Origin: Chara braunii
Taxonomy: Eukaryota > Plantae > Charophyceae
Direction of reading: 5' to 3'
DNA length: 54,174 nt
Assembly: GCA_003427395.1 (NCBI GenBank)
Contig: BFEA01000025.1
Span: 2,026,676 to 2,080,849, forward strand
In this document: one piece after another, positions 39,475-53,715 of the stretch
Numbering within the stretch: position 1 is the stretch's first letter
Layout of the letters: each line of letters starts with the position of its first letter
Position numbers and translations under genes: made by a program
The notes under the pieces: model-generated
Database searches by the model: none
What the model saw: only the letters and a program-made list of their open reading frames with translations
Told to the model about the DNA's origin: nothing

Positions 39475-39480
39475 TATAAA
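39475..39480 (+). promoter_or_regulatory. Candidate TATA box of the HDAC gene
   Basis: TATAAA ~500 bp upstream of the ATG, within a GC/CpG-rich region and right after a (GGCA)n tract. Confidence 0.4.
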
Positions 39481-39846
39481 GGCTGGCTGGCTGGCTCTGC
39501 CAAGCGCAGTCAAGTTGAGCAGAAACAGATGAAGAGTCCGATCAGCATCAGCAGCAGTAGCAGAGGTAGCAAGCTTTGGCAGAGCCAGCAGCGAGCAAGA
39601 AGGAGCAAGCAGGGAGCAAGAAGAAGCAAGCAGGGAGCAAGCAGAAGCAAGAAGTGAGAAACAGAAGCAGACTGTGAGGAAAGCGAGGGGGCCAAGGAGG
39701 GGGGCGGAAGGAAAAGGGGGGAATAAGGGGATGCGTCGGCGGATACGCAGGCGACTTATCCGCCGCAATCAAGGTGTGCTGCCGTAAGCGTGAAAATCTC
39801 GTCCACGTCATCGTCGTCCGCGTGTGTGTGAGAGAGAACACACACA

Positions 39847-40504
<658 letters not shown>

Positions 40505-40514
40505 GTAAGTCCCT

Positions 40515-41325
40515 AACCTTCTCTTAACCCATTTACTTAACCATGTTGTACGCGTAACCCATTTTCTTAACCATGTTGTACTCGTTACGCATTTACTTAA
40601 ACCGCCAGTACCCCAGGGGGTCTTAGACCCCCTCTGGGTAGGCTCTGAGGCAAATGCATATGGACCTGCGCGGCGCACCGATTTTAGTCACCGCGTTAAC
40701 GGCCTAATAACGTGGAGGTACTGGTGGTTTAAACCATGTTGTACTCGTAACCCATTTACTTTAACCGTGCTTGCTGTACTGGACCTTGTTTGCTCTTTTT
40801 TTTTTTTTTTTTTTTTTTTTGACACATTGCTGTGGCGCTTTTCTGCAGCAGTGCAATACAGAGGCAACGCTTGAGGGGTCAGGTAAGTTAAAGTTTACCC
40901 GGCTGACCCCCGCCGTGGGTGAGGGAAAAAGAAAATTGATGTCATGTGGGCCCGAGGTGGATGGACCACAGATCAGATAAAATCAGGTTGTACTTAAACC
41001 CACCTGCTTAACCATGTTGTACTTAACCCATTTACGTCACGTAACTATGTTGCAATCAATCCATTTGCTTAACCATGATGTACTTAACCATGGTGTACCT
41101 AACTGTGATGTACTTAACCATGCTGTACTTAATTATCATGTACTTAACTCTGGTCTACCAGACCATGATGTACTTAAAACCATGGTGTACTTAGTCATGT
41201 TTAGTCATGGTGTACTTAACTATCATGTACTTAGTCATGGTGTACTTAACTATCATGTAGTTAATCATGGTGTACTTAACTATCGTGTACTTCAGCATCT
41301 GGTTAGTCATGGTGTACTCAGCCAT
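40515..41325 (+). repeat. Intronic minisatellites (~33-bp TAACCCATTTACTTAACCATGTTGTACTCG-like and 15-bp CATGGTGTACTTAAC-like units)
   Basis: Visible tandem units at 40515-40770 and 41005-41325. Confidence 0.85.
40601..40728. mobile_element. TTAA-flanked MITE inserted in a minisatellite
   Basis: TTAA|ACCGCCAGTACC...GGTACTGGTGGT|TTAA interrupts the TTAACCATGTTGTA repeat. Related termini occur at 8118-8500 and ~10267. Confidence 0.7.
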
Positions 41326-42109
41326 TATTATGGAGAAGCGCAAACAGCCGCTTTTGGAAATCCATGGTGTATCAATACTGCTACGTCGATACACACTACG
41401 AATACAATATGCTTTTTTTTTTTTTTTGGATGATATGTACATGGACAATCTGTATGCCTAAATACATGTCTGTTCGCGCATAGACACATTCACGCGCCGG
41501 TGATCGCTCAAATTTAGATATTCGGCATGTAGGAATCTTCCTTGACATATCGTAGCAGTACGAGACACTAGACGATAATAATAGTAATAAATTATTAATT
41601 AATAAACTAAGAATAATACTAATAAAATATAAATTAATAAATATAAACAATTACATTTATCAAAAAATAAAAATAAATTACAGCAATTCTATGGTAATCA
41701 TAATGTAACTACATAGTTTTTTTTTTTTTTTTTTTTAAATTTTAACTACATAGTTTTGTGTGTGGGTTTATAACGCTAAGTGTGTTTGGAAGATGGGGGG
41801 CCAGCCCGGGATGAGGGGCATAGATTATATACATCAGTAGTTCGCAAAAGAAAAGTCTGTCTGCAGCCCGCGTCTGATCGAGAGCGCAGCCTCTCTGATC
41901 AGTCCGGTGGGTGATTGGTAGGTTGGCCTAACTACCGGTGATTTCTGGCAAACAGAGCTGCTGCATTCCTTTTTTTTTTTTTTTTTTTTCCCTCAAGTTT
42001 GAAATGACCGCCTCCTGTTCTTTCTTTGATTGTGTTCTCTCTGTTTTTCCCCTTGTGTTTCTCTCTCATTTACAGGCATTGCACACTGTACTTATTTCCA
42101 GTAGTAATA

Positions 42110-42536
42110 CGTCTGATATCATGTGACAGTATATATGTATAAATATATCGTCAAACAGAAGTGGCCGGTAAAACGTAGGCAGAGAAGGAGAAGAGGACAA
42201 CAAACGAGCGGCTGTGACAAACACAATTAGTATGTATACGAATTATTTTTTCTTGTTTTCTTCTGTTTTTTTCGCCTTTGCGCTCTGATATTCATGTGAC
42301 AATATATATGCCTTCTGGCTGTGTGCAAGTGGGTCGATATGACACACGGGGATGGGGGGCAGCCGCCGCTCAACCTACATCCACGTGGGCGGCCTTGTAC
42401 GCAAGAGGAGGTTCTGAACAGGGGGAGTTGTAAGGAAGAAGATTAAAAATGAACTGATATCTTTTTTGTTTTCCTTTGTTTTTTTCGCTTTTGCGCTCTG
42501 ATATTTATGTGATGATATATATCGTCAAACAGATAG

Positions 42537-42577
<41 letters not shown>

Positions 42578-44640
42578 TGTTTACAGAGTGCGGGGGAGTC
42601 TTGGAGGATGTTGTTTCCTTTTTTTTTTCGCTTTTGCGCTCTGATAACTTTGTGACAATATATACATACGTGGGCGGCCTTGTACGCAAGAGGTTTTGAA
42701 CAGGGGGAGTTGTAAGTAAGAAGATGAAAAAAAATGAATAATTTTTTTCTTGTTTTTTTTTTCGCTTTTGCGCTCTGGTATCTTTGTGACGATACGTACA
42801 TAAATATGTATACATACATACAATTATGCATGTAGACAGACATACATATATGCATACATACATACATACATACATACATACATACATACATACATACATA
42901 CATGTGCATTTAAACGCGTGCGTGCATGATAAACGTATTAGCTAGTATATGCGTGCATATTTTCTACGCAGTTTGCATTCATAAAGTAAGGGGGAAAAAA
43001 AATACACTGTCAGACGAAACAAAAGACTGTCTGTGTGCATTGGGTTTTGTGGGGTTTTTGGATATCAGTGTACCAGATAAATATCATAAGTATGTTTTGT
43101 CATGAGGAGACGGCGAGCATGCGGGACCACCATGAAGCCATAGCCATTCGCTAACCAGAATTAAAGGCAAGCATGAATGGGGCATCAAGCATTAAGTAAG
43201 CCATTTATAACCATTCGCTGACCAGGTTTAGTAGCTTATCCATCATTTTTATTTTTATTTTCTTCTTGAATAATAGCAGCAGAAGCAGTCGTTAGGCTGC
43301 CAACGAAAACAGACCGATAACCATTTGTGTGGTGGTAGGTAAACTATGAGCTCCAGTGTAGTTCTATCTGTCGAATTTTGTCCTTGAAAGCGGAACCATT
43401 GAGAAGATGTCATGAACGTAAGACCACAATGAGGCATGTCTGTACATATTTATAACTATACATAAATGTGTATTGTCATACGTATACGTTTTATTGTAAT
43501 ATGTATACAGTTTGTCACAGCCCCCCCTCGTTTGTTGTCCTCTTCTCCCTCTCCGACTAAGGTTTACCGGGCCCACGTGGGCGGCCTTGTACGCAAGAGG
43601 TTCTGAACAGGGGGAGTTGTAAGCAAGAAGATAAAAAAATGAATTTATTTTTCTTTGTTTTCTTTCTTGTTTCTTTTCGCTTTTGCGCTCTGATAATTTT
43701 TTGACAATATGTACCTGACAGCTCTGTTTTCTTTCTGTTTTTTTTCGCTTTGCGCTCTGATAACCTCGTGACGATATGTATTTCCACTGTGACAATAGAT
43801 ATATTAAGGAAGAAGATAAAAAATGAATTTATTTCTTCTTTTTTTCGCATTTGCGCTCTGATAAATTTGTGACGATATATATGGGTTCAGCCTCCTGATG
43901 AGTGAGTCGGTGAAACTCCGACGAAACAGTTTGTCACAGCCCCCCTCGTTTGTTGTCCTCTTCTCCCTGTTGTCCCTCTCTGCCTACGGCTTACCGGGCA
44001 GCTCTGTTTGACGATATATATTTTTGGCATCCTAGATGGTTGTTTCTTCTTGTTCGGCCTGTGTGGGGGGCGGTGCTTTTATGTGGGAATCATAATCTGG
44101 GATTGTCTTTTATGTTTTTCGTCCAAGTACGAACGGTTTACAAATGGGGATACCAACGGATTGATGCCGAACAAGGCCATCTGCTGAATATAGATATGTA
44201 ATTTGGGAATCCTTTTTTTTGCAGACAAGAGTGTTTTGTCCTGGGTGGTCTTGTCCCGTCGTTTGGCCTGTGTAGGACTGGGGCGGTGCTTGCATGTGGG
44301 ACTTGTCATATAGGATCTGTTTTTTGTGTTGTTGCTTATTGCCCCCTGTTTTGTTGTATTTGGCTGTTCCCGTCCTCTCTTCTTTGCCTCTTTGCCCTTT
44401 GGCTGTGCAAGTGGGTCGATATGGCACACGGGGGTGGGGGCAGCCGCCGCTCAACCTACATCCACGTGGGCGGCCTTGTACGCAAGAGGTTCTGAACAGC
44501 GGGAGTTGTAAGGAAGAAGATTGTAAATGAATTGATACCTTTTTTTGTTTTTTGCTTTTGCGCTCTGATCTTCATGTGACGATATATATAAAATATTAAT
44601 ATATAAAATATAGATTTCTATATCTGTTTGACGATATATG
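42110..44640. repeat. Cluster of modular dispersed repeats associated with the hammerhead-like motif
   Basis: CACGTGGGCGGCCTTGTACGCAAGAGGTTCTGAACAGGGGGAGTTGTAAG-like at ~42382, ~42667, ~43574 and ~44463. CGCTTTTGCGCTCTGATA...GTGACGATATATA occurs many times. TTTGTCACAGCC..GTTTGTTGTCCTCTTCTC module at ~42150-42222 (minus), ~43510 and ~43930, with further copies at ~45100, ~52980-53070 (minus) and ~53703. Confidence 0.8.
43883..43945 (+). ncRNA. Second hammerhead-like core with a 4-nt insertion after CTGATGA
   Basis: GGGTTCAGCCTC-CTGATGA-GTGA-GTCGGTGAAACTCCGAC-GAAACAGTTTGTC-ACAGCCC. A third, degenerate copy lies on the minus strand at ~53061-53105. Confidence 0.45.
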
Positions 44641-44646
44641 TAAATA

Positions 44647-44894
44647 CGGGTCACCCTATTTTCCTGGGCGGTCCGGCCGTGCGAGGACAAGGGAAGGTCC
44701 CAGCCCCCCCCCAAAAAAAAGAAATCCAAAAAATCCGAAAAAAACTATGTTATGCAGAGAAATAAACTGAACAACTTTTGCCTCAGGGTCACATCGAAAT
44801 TCTTTACCGAATTTAAATTAAAAAATAATTTTTATTTTTTTATTTATTTTTGGCCCGGCCGGGCAAGTGGACCCGGGCCACTCTGGTAGCCTAG
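44647..44894 (+). mobile_element. hAT-type MITE lacking its left terminus
   Basis: Shares the family core (CTATGTTATGCAG...CCTCAGGGTCACATCGAAATTC) and ends CTGGTAGCCTAG. Confidence 0.75.
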
Positions 44895-46620
44895 TATATT
44901 TGTGTTTATTATGTAGATTTATATAATTTATGTATAGACTATAATATAGCTATTTATGTATCGACTGACCGGTTCTATATCACGATATATAAATGTTGCG
45001 TGGTGCTGTTACGATGCGTGGTGTGTTCTGCACAACATGTGTGTTATGCACCGGTGTGTGTGACGAATGAATGAGGTTCCAGTTACTTGAATCTTTCTTA
45101 CCTTGTTTGTTGTCCTCTTCTCGCTCTCTGCTTACGGTTTACAGGCAGCTCTGGTTGACGATAAATAGTCCTTTTTTTTTTCTTTTTGGATCTGTGGAAT
45201 TTATTAGAGATTGTTATTTATTCTTATGTGAATGAATTTGTTCTGACTTTCATTCGTTATATATTTTTTTATGAATTGATTTTTATATTTTTTTTCTGAT
45301 TTTTTAATAATCGATCTTGTTTTAGATTGCAATTTCTGGTATTATATAATCCGGTGTTATTTCTACTCTTATCATAATTTTTTATGGATGTAATTTGATT
45401 TTATTCGATAGCTACACAATTCCATGGCCAGGGTATAAAACCCTACCTTTGTTTGTTTGCCAGATAAGTTGACTTTTGAGAGCCATCGACATTTTCGTTT
45501 TTTTTTCACTGAATTTAGTGAATTTAGTGAATTTAGTGAATTTAGTGAATTTATCCCGATTTTAATTTTATTTGATTCGATAAGCTTAGACAATAATACG
45601 ATTCCCCCCACATCACATACCTACCTACCGACGTATTCATAAGCCGATGCATTTCTAAAGTATGCCGCGAAAAGACTCTCGCTTCACTTTTCAAAAGTTC
45701 GTTTTTTTACATTTGTACTGGGAAAAATATTAAAAAAAAATGCACCTTAGCCCCCCTTTCCGATCTCAGCCACTGGTCACTCAGCCCCCTGCTTGTACCC
45801 TTTTGCACTTCATTCCACGTTATTCCGTTCGTCTTCACTCCACCCCACTTCACTGCACTCCACTCCACTCGTTTTTTTTTTTTTTTGAAAAATGCACATG
45901 CCCTTCAGTTCTGGGGGCATGTCCGGTTGCTCATCACCGGTAAGCAGTCGTTTTTTTTTTTTTGAGGAGGAGAGATGTAATCAGCCTGAAAACCATCAAT
46001 CAATTCTTAATTACTTCTCTCTCCATGTAATTCTATCTGACGTTTTCAGATCAACAGTTCGAATCTAATTGCTCGTTAATCGATTTCTGGCATATTGGCA
46101 ATTTCGATTCCATGTTAATTGACAGTGCATTCGCTATGTATAATTAAGTAATTCACGATCTATAAGTATTGATTCACTATTCTATCTCTATGTTAATTGG
46201 CAATTTCGATTCCATGTTAGGGGAAGGGGGAAGGATTGTTGGTAAATGGACGGGAGTCCCTAAGATCTGCTTCGCCTTATCAGACCATTGAAGCTAATTT
46301 TTAGGCGATTCTATTTTTTTATTTTTTCAAAGATGTCTTTTGAAAATCATGTAATCATAGACGAGGTGATGCGATTTCTTCATATAATGCCCATGGTATC
46401 TATTCGGGGGGCGGTTGGCAGCTCTGGCAGCTGCTAATGATGTGCCAGCTGTATATCGGAGTTAAAGCTGTTGCTTTCTCTGGTTTCCACTTTGATTTTT
46501 CCACTTCGATTTTTGTGGGGTTTTCCTGTTTTTTTTTTTTCCATATAATTCCTCCTTGCGATGTGTTGTCGTCTCGAGAAAAACAGAAGGTTACATTTTG
46601 ATTTTTTTTTGAGGTTTTCC

Positions 46621-46873
46621 CTAGGCTACCAAGAGTGGCCCGGGACCACTTGCCCAGCCCGGCCAAAAAAATAAAGTAAAAAAAAATATATATTTTTTTA
46701 TATTTGGTAGAGAATTTCGATGTGACCCTGAGGCGAAAGTTGATCAGTTTATTTTTCTGCATAACATAATTCTTTTTTATATATATATTTTTTGTTGGGA
46801 CCATCTTTGGTCCTTGCACGGCGGAGCGCCCGGTCAAACAAGGTGACCCGGGCGGCCCGGCTGGGTAGCCTAG
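46621..46873 (-). mobile_element. hAT-type MITE, same family
   Basis: CTAGGCTACC...GGTAGCCTAG termini; TSD GGTTTTCC/GGTTTTCT (7/8). Confidence 0.8.
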
Positions 46874-47407
46874 GGTTTTCTTTTTTTATATTTTTTTTAA
46901 TTCCTCCTTGCGCATTTGTGTCGTCTCGTAAAAAAAAGAANNNNNNNNNNNNNNNNNNNNNNNNNNNNNNNNNNNNNNNNNNNNNNNNNNNNNNNNNNNN
47001 NNAAAGAAGGTAAAGTACAATGGGACGTCTGGCGAAGCTGGATGTTGGAGAATGATTAGGATTAAAATAAAATAAAATAAAATAATCAACGCTGGAGGTT
47101 TAATTAATAGATAAACGAATTAGAAAAAAAAAGGAAAAAGAAAAGAAGATAAACGGATAGATGTTAGCGAATAGGTAATGATGGATTTGCGAGAAGCGAG
47201 CTCCCTCTTGGAAAAAGGAAAACAACAGAAAAAAGAAGCTCCACTTGTAATTAATTCAAGGAGAATCTCAAAATAAAATTGTGGGGTGCATTTCGAGGAG
47301 GAAGGGTGGTGCGCATTGAAAAAAAAGAAAAAAGAGAGAAAGGAGGGGAGGATGGTTCGCGTTGTTGCAAATTTTATTATTTATTTATTTATTTTGGTGA
47401 TGTAAAG

Positions 47408-47540
47408 CTAGGCTACCAGAGTGGTCCAGGAAAGAGGCAAAAGTTGTTCAGTTTATTTTTCCTGCTGGGATCTTAGGCCCTTGCACGGCCGGGCCGTCCG
47501 GGCAAACGACGTGACCCTGGCGGCCCGGCTGGTAACCTAG
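47408..47540 (-). mobile_element. hAT-type MITE, internally deleted
   Basis: CTAGGCTACC...GGTAACCTAG termini; perfect TSD ATGTAAAG. Confidence 0.8.
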
Positions 47541-48480
47541 ATGTAAAGTGAAAATGAACGGTTAGCAAAAACGTGGCGCCTTCGTGGCGGGTGTTCATTC
47601 GTTGGCCAGCCTATTTTTTTGGGCCATCAACTCATTTGTGTCCCGCCTTGTTTTTTGGGCCGTAAAGAAAATTATTCGTTTTCCGCTCTGTTTTTTGGCC
47701 GCTGATTCATTCGTTCCTCCGCGCCCCATTTTTTTTGGTGGGCCATTGATTCATTCTTTTTCCCTTTTCTTGTCCCCGCCCGTCTCTCTCTCTCTCTTTT
47801 AGGTAAAACGATCGCTTCTGTTTTGAAAATACATATTATTATTATTATTACGTAATTGATTTCAAAAAGCTGTATTTCGACATCTTAATCTTTGTTTTTT
47901 GGTATCACGGTGCTACCGGTTTTGCTTAGGTATTCGATGTGCACATTCTGACGATTGGACCGTTCCGTTAGGCGGATAAAGACGATTGGACCGTTCCGTT
48001 AGGCGGTTGAGAGGCAGCAGATGTCGTCTTTCTCGTGGTTCCGTTAGCTTTCCCTGTGAGCTTTTTTCCTGCGAAGAGGGAAAAAAAAGGAAAAAGGAAA
48101 AAAAGAGGTACCAAAGGCGCAACAGATCAATTCCTTCGCCAGCAGACCAGTCACAAACTGACTGTTGTAACGGCCCCTAACGGTACCGATCTCATCTCTC
48201 ATGTCCTCTCCGTTTTGCTGATGGAGTCGGTGTACCGTTAGGGCCCGTTACTTGTGCTTCTTTGCTTAGCTTTGGTGGCTCCCTATTCAATAAACTGGGA
48301 GCTGCGCGCTGTTGGCGAAAGGGTGTTGCTCGCACGTGGCCCAGGGGCCACTTGGGCCACGTGCGAGCAACACCCTTTGGCCAACAGCGTGCAGCTCCCA
48401 GTTTATTTAATGGTCTGCTTAGCTTCGGTGTTTTTTTTTTTTGTCCTTTTTTTTTGGGGGGGGGGGGGGNGNGGGTNGAA

Positions 48481-49073
48481 GTNGGCTACCAGCCGGGCCG
48501 GCCGGGTGACCCTATTTTCCCGGCGGCCCCGCCGTGCAAGGGCCAGCGAAGGTCCCAGCCAAAAAAGAAAAGAAAAAGTCTCCAAAAAATCCGAAAAATC
48601 CGAAAAAAAACTATGTTATGCAGAAAAATAAACTGAGCAACTTTTGCCTCAGGGTCACATCGAAATTCTTTACCAAATTTTAAATAAAATTTTAAATAGA
48701 AAATATATAGGCTGCCGGAGTGGCCCTGGGTCACTTGCCCGGCCGGGCCCAAAAAAATAAAAAAAATAAAAATAGAAAAAATATTTTCGAGTTTTATTTT
48801 TTATTCTAAATTTGATGAAGAATTTCGATGTGACCCTGAGGCAAAAGTTGTCCAGTTTATTTTTCTACATAACATAGTTTTTTTTCGGATTTTTAGTTTT
48901 TTTTTTTTTTTTTTTGCTGGGACCTTCCGTGGTCCTTGCACGGGCTGGCCACCCGGGACCCGGGCGGCCCGGCTGGTAGCCTAGAAAAATATTTATTTTT
49001 ATTTATTTTTATTTTTTATTATATATTTTTGGCCCGGCCGGGCAAGTGGACCCGGGCCACACTGGTAACCTAG
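48481..49073. mobile_element. Nested hAT MITEs: inner inverted copy 48707-48984 inside an outer copy
   Basis: Inner copy flanked by GAAAATAT/AAAAATAT. The outer copy resumes and ends CTGGTAACCTAG at 49073. Confidence 0.75.
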
Positions 49074-49170
49074 GTTTTGAATCCTTCATCTGTCTTTTTT
49101 TGGGGTGTGGTTTTGAATCCTTCATCTGTCTTTTTTTGGGGTGTGGTTTTGAATCCTTCATCTGTCTTTT
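49073..49170 (+). repeat. ~36-bp unit repeated three times
   Basis: GGTTTTGAATCCTTCATCTGTCTTTTTTT repeated directly after the MITE end. Confidence 0.85.
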
Positions 49171-50298
49171 TTTTTTTTTTTTTTTAATAGCTTCCGTGGT
49201 TTACGGTGACGTTCAGACCTCTGGAACATGGTCCCATTAGCAGTCGGATAGGAGTGTGGCCGATTGATTGTCACACTGAGTGGCAGCGGCACTTAGTGTC
49301 ACTGAGAAAAAAGAAAGGCAAGAAAGAAAAAAGAAACAGAGACCTCCCACCAGAAATCACGGCAGAGTGCTTCCCATCCATCAGATCACAAATGATCTGA
49401 TGGTGGTGGTTGCAACAACAGTGAACAAAGTAACTGCCACATTTTCCTGGAATAAACTCGTCTTCTGTCAGCAGTGATCATGACGCCCTCCAATGAGATA
49501 ATTGCACCAACAGCAAGCAAAATACTGAAAATCTTTTATCCAGTGGGCCTTCGGCGGACCCCACCCCCTTTTTGCGGTTGGTCATACCCCCAACGGATTG
49601 AAAAAAAAATTTCGGGAAGCTTCCTTTGCACGGGCATGCCCGGTGTTAAGGAGAGGAGGAGAAGGGGAACCAAAAAAAAAAAATCTCCTTCCTTTTTTGG
49701 GTAATATATGTAAAGAAAAGTACTGACCGTGGGATCACTCAAGAGTACTGCACGGCAGGATTTGGGTCACTCTCAACTGCCACACAAACTCTTTTCTATC
49801 CTTTCCCGTTGCTAGTGGGACCATGCTCCTGATGATTCAGCTGGACTCGTCGCTGATATCTCCTTTTTTCCGTAAGCGGTTTAAATTAATAAATTCGCGC
49901 TGAGACTCGATTCGTCGACCCGTGAACAGTTCTCTCTCTCTCTCTCTGTGTCTGTCTTTTGTGTGCCCGCGCTTGGGTCTTCTTTCTTATAACCTTTCTG
50001 TGTCTGGAGCCCTCACCCCACCTCTCATTCTCTCTCTCTCTCTCCCATCACCCCTCTTACCTTTCTCTGTCTCTTTTTCTCTCTCGCACCTTCTCACCCC
50101 CTTCTTTTTACCTGTCCCGTGGTGTATTTGTCATCTCTTGGTTCCTCGTGCCATCTTCTTTATAGCCCTCTTTTTTTATAACCCTCTTCTTTGTACCCTT
50201 CTTTCTTCATACCCTTCCCTATACCTCCTTGTCGTACCTTTTTCACCCCTCCATCGTGGCCCCTTCTGTATCTCTCTCACGTTTTTTCTTCTCTCCCG

Positions 50299-50330
<32 letters not shown>

Positions 50331-50624
50331 GTGTGGGTGGGTTTGACGTATAGAGAAGGTAATTGAGTATTAAACCCCTATCTACTAGTTTTGTATTGCC
50401 AGCGGGGGGAGTGTGTTGGAGAGTAAGGAGGGGCCTGTCTACGAGTTAATTGATGTATATGTATAGGCCCCTCCTTAACCCACCAACACACTCCAACAGC
50501 TTCGTTTCAACATTTTGGCTGGCATGGTGTCTTCGTGGAGCATCGACATTGGTGTCAATGTTGTTGGCCTAAGGGAGTGCTAAAAACCATCTAGGACTGC
50601 CCTGGATGAATCTGACCTAAACCA

Positions 50625-50742
50625 TTGCCAGATTCCGTTTATCTATTTTACGAGTACGAGTATGCCCTAAGCCATCCTGTTCTGCCAGATTCCGTTTATC
50701 TATTTTACGAGTACGAGTATGCCCTAAGCCATCCTGTTCTGC
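50625..50742 (+). repeat. 57-bp perfect tandem duplication
   Basis: TGCCAGATTCCGTTTATC...CCATCCTGTTC occurs twice. Confidence 0.9.
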
Positions 50743-51140
50743 TTGGGGGGGGGGTAGACGCAGGTAGGGTTGGACAAAGGACGAGAGGGTGAGTGGAGGG
50801 GAAATAACTTTGGAAGCCTGAAGGTAATGGATAAGAAAAGAGTTGCCTCTGTCCTCTGTCGTCTGTTCTCTGTCCTCTGTCCTCTGTGTTTTGAGGGAAT
50901 GCAGGTATTGACGTGAGTGGCAAAGGATGAGAGGGCGAGTGGGGGGTAGGGGGGGAAGAGAGGATTGGGAGGGAGGTAATGGAGAGAGAATGAGTTCCGT
51001 TGGTCCACTGTCCTTAGTGTTTTCAGGCAATGGAACAGGTTGAGCTGTTTTTATTTTTTATTTTTTATTTTTTATTTTTTGTGAAGATATTAGACTAGAT
51101 CAGAACAGGTACTAAATTTGATCTTTAAAAAGCCGAAAAG

Positions 51141-51506
51141 CTAGGCTACCAGCCAGGCCGCCCGGTCACCTTGTTTGCCCGGGCTGCCCGGCCGTAGCAG
51201 GTCCCAGCAAAAAAAAAAAGAAAATCCAAAATTCTGAAAAAAGATTATGTTATGCAGAAAAATAAACTGAACAACTGTTGCCTCAGGGTCACAGCCAAAT
51301 TTTTTACCAAATTTAAAATGAAAAATAAAATGAAAAAAGACCAATTTTGTATTTTTTTCCCCTTTTACTTTCCCTCAGGGTCACATCCAAATTCTTTACC
51401 AAATTTAAAATAAAAAATTAAATTAAAAAGAGCAATTTTCTATTTTTGTTTCTTTTATTTTTTTTGGCCCGGCCGGGCAAGTGGTCCAGGGACTCTGGTA
51501 GCCTAC
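51141..51506 (+). mobile_element. hAT-type MITE, full length
   Basis: TIRs CTAGGCTACCAG...CTGGTAGCCTAC with a perfect 8-bp TSD CCGAAAAG (51133-51140 and 51507-51514). Confidence 0.85.
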
Positions 51507-51546
51507 CCGAAAAGTCCTTTGGGACATCCGTAAAAGGATTGAAACG

Positions 51547-51625
<79 letters not shown>

Positions 51626-51914
51626 AAAGGAGGATGTTTTTCCAAGTATCCAGGGCTACTCTGGCTACGCGAGGATAAGGATGACACACATAAATTGAGA
51701 AATGGTCCGGGGAAAAAAAAAAGAAGGAGAAAAGGACGAGGAGGTATTGCAGACCGTTGTGTTCTGTGTCGCGCAGCAACTTTTTGGTGTTGTCGTTAAG
51801 TTCTCTTTTTTTTTTTGATTTTTTTGATTTGTTGTTTTCCTCTCTGTCAAAGAACTCGTTTTCTGCAACATGGGTGTCAGTGAACCTGTGTTTCCGCAGA
51901 ATCGGGTTCAATTG

Positions 51915-52175
51915 ACTTAGTCCTGAAAGCGGGTTTTAGTGGAGCGCGGAGCTGTTTCTGAACCGGGTTCAGTGGAACCAGGACCTGTTTCTGAACCAGG
52001 TTCAGTGGAACGTTGACCTGTTTCTGAATTGAGGACAGTGGATCTGGATCTGTTCCTGAATTGGAGGGGCCATGGAACCTGGACCTGTTTCTGACCCGGG
52101 TTCATTTGAACCTGGACCTGTTCCTGAACCTGTTTCTGACCAGGGTTCAGTTGAACCTGGACCTGTTCCTGAATT
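51915..52175 (+). repeat. ~30-bp minisatellite GGTTCAGTGGAACCTGGACCTGTTTCTGAA
   Basis: Several diverged tandem units; source of the spurious GPGSTEPGSE ORFs. Confidence 0.8.
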
Positions 52176-53660
52176 AGGGGCAGTCTTGACCGCATGTTGG
52201 AAATTGTGGTTTGAGAGAGTGGGCCTCACTCCATTCCTATGGACATGCACAAAAGACAAAACTTAGTAAAAGCCATGGCGATGTATCTTTCCATGTTGTA
52301 GCGGAAGATTCACTCTCGCTTTGCACATGCCGAGAGTAGTGGAGCGAGGCCCAGTACTACTTTTCGTGGTGGCAGTTGGATATGGCATGTGGGTATGGTC
52401 CTTTTCTTTTTTTNNNNNNNNNNNNNNNNNNNNNNNNNNNNNNNNNNNNNNNNNNNNNNNNNNNNNNNNNNNNNNNNNNNNNNNNNNNNNNNNNNNNNNN
52501 NNNNNNNNNNNNNNNNNNNNNNNNNNNNNNNNNNNNNNNNNNNNNNNNNNNNNNNNNNNNNNNNNNNNNNNNNNNNNNNNNCACACACACACACTCGCCC
52601 CCCAAAAAACAAAAATAAAAAAATGTTGTCTGGCCTACCGTTCCCCAGCAGAACAAAAGTGGAAAGAAAAGGTGAACTTTCTAGTAGATGCTAGCTCTTC
52701 GCGTGGCGGTAGCTTGCCTTTTTTTTTCTTTTTTTTTCCCCAACTGCTTGTTGCATAGGTGGCTTGCCCTTAACGGGCAACCTCAAGGAGGGATTCCAGA
52801 AACTTCCTCAAAAAGGAAAGCAGGACTCTACCTCCAGTGTAATCCAAAAGGTACTCTTTTCGCGGTTCAGTTTTTCAGAAATCGTAGGTAGTGGATATAA
52901 AGCCAGGCCAAAGGTGAGCGAGGTGGCCTCCAGGCGGGGCATTCTCTTCGATACATATCGTCGAATAGAACTCCTCATCGTCAAACAGAACTGCCCATTG
53001 TCAAACAGAGCTGCTCAGTAAAACTGTAGGCAGAGAGGGAGAAGAGGACAACAAAAGAGGGCCTGTGACAGGCTGTTCCGTCGGCGCATCAGGCGGCTGA
53101 ACCCTCTACAGTCTGCAGAGTCGCCAAACCAACGATATTGAAAGTGATAATCCACCTTAACCCCGGTTGTGGTTAGGCATGAGATGGGCACCAACCACTG
53201 GCTTCAAAGTACCGGTGATGAAATCAAAGCAAAGCAGACCAGGCGGAAAAATCTACACATGCACATTCGCACCCCACATCACAAGCCAGCAAAACACCCA
53301 CTAAACAAGAAAGGTCTGCCACAGCCAGAAAACACACTCCCGGCACCCCCCGGGCACTAGAGGCACAGCATGGCTGCGTAGTGACGGCCCGGACCTCTGC
53401 CAAACCGTGGCCTTTATATATATATCGTCAAATAGAACTGCCCGGTATATATGTATATATGTATATATATAGTCAAGTAGGAGATCCAATGTCTCGTCTT
53501 TCTTGCGTGGACTTGCTAAAGCCAGGCCTTCAGCTTCGCCCACTTTGTTTATATATATAGCTTCAACAATGACTCGACAACAACATGGTCTGTGTTCACA
53601 TGTTTTCCTTGACAGAACAAAGGAAGTTCTTGCGGCATGCACTTCCAGAATATATATATA

Positions 53661-53715
53661 GGTTCAGCCTCCTGATGAGTCGGTGAAACTCCGACGAAAC
53701 AGTTTGTCACAGCCC
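53661..53715 (+). ncRNA. Hammerhead-ribozyme-like core (type I layout; stem I not evident)
   Basis: CTGATGA (53672), stem II GTCGG/TGAAACT/CCGAC, GAAA, stem III ACA/GTT/TGT, then C (GUC triplet ending 53708). Confidence 0.55.

Noticed and set aside
44860-44894. Helitron 3' end (GC hairpin plus CTAG)
   Set aside because: Full copies have CTAG-containing TIRs at both ends and 8-bp TSDs, which indicates hAT.
45510-45552. (TGAATTTAG)n as telomeric repeat
   Set aside because: The 9-bp unit does not match TTTAGGG-type repeats; short local slippage.
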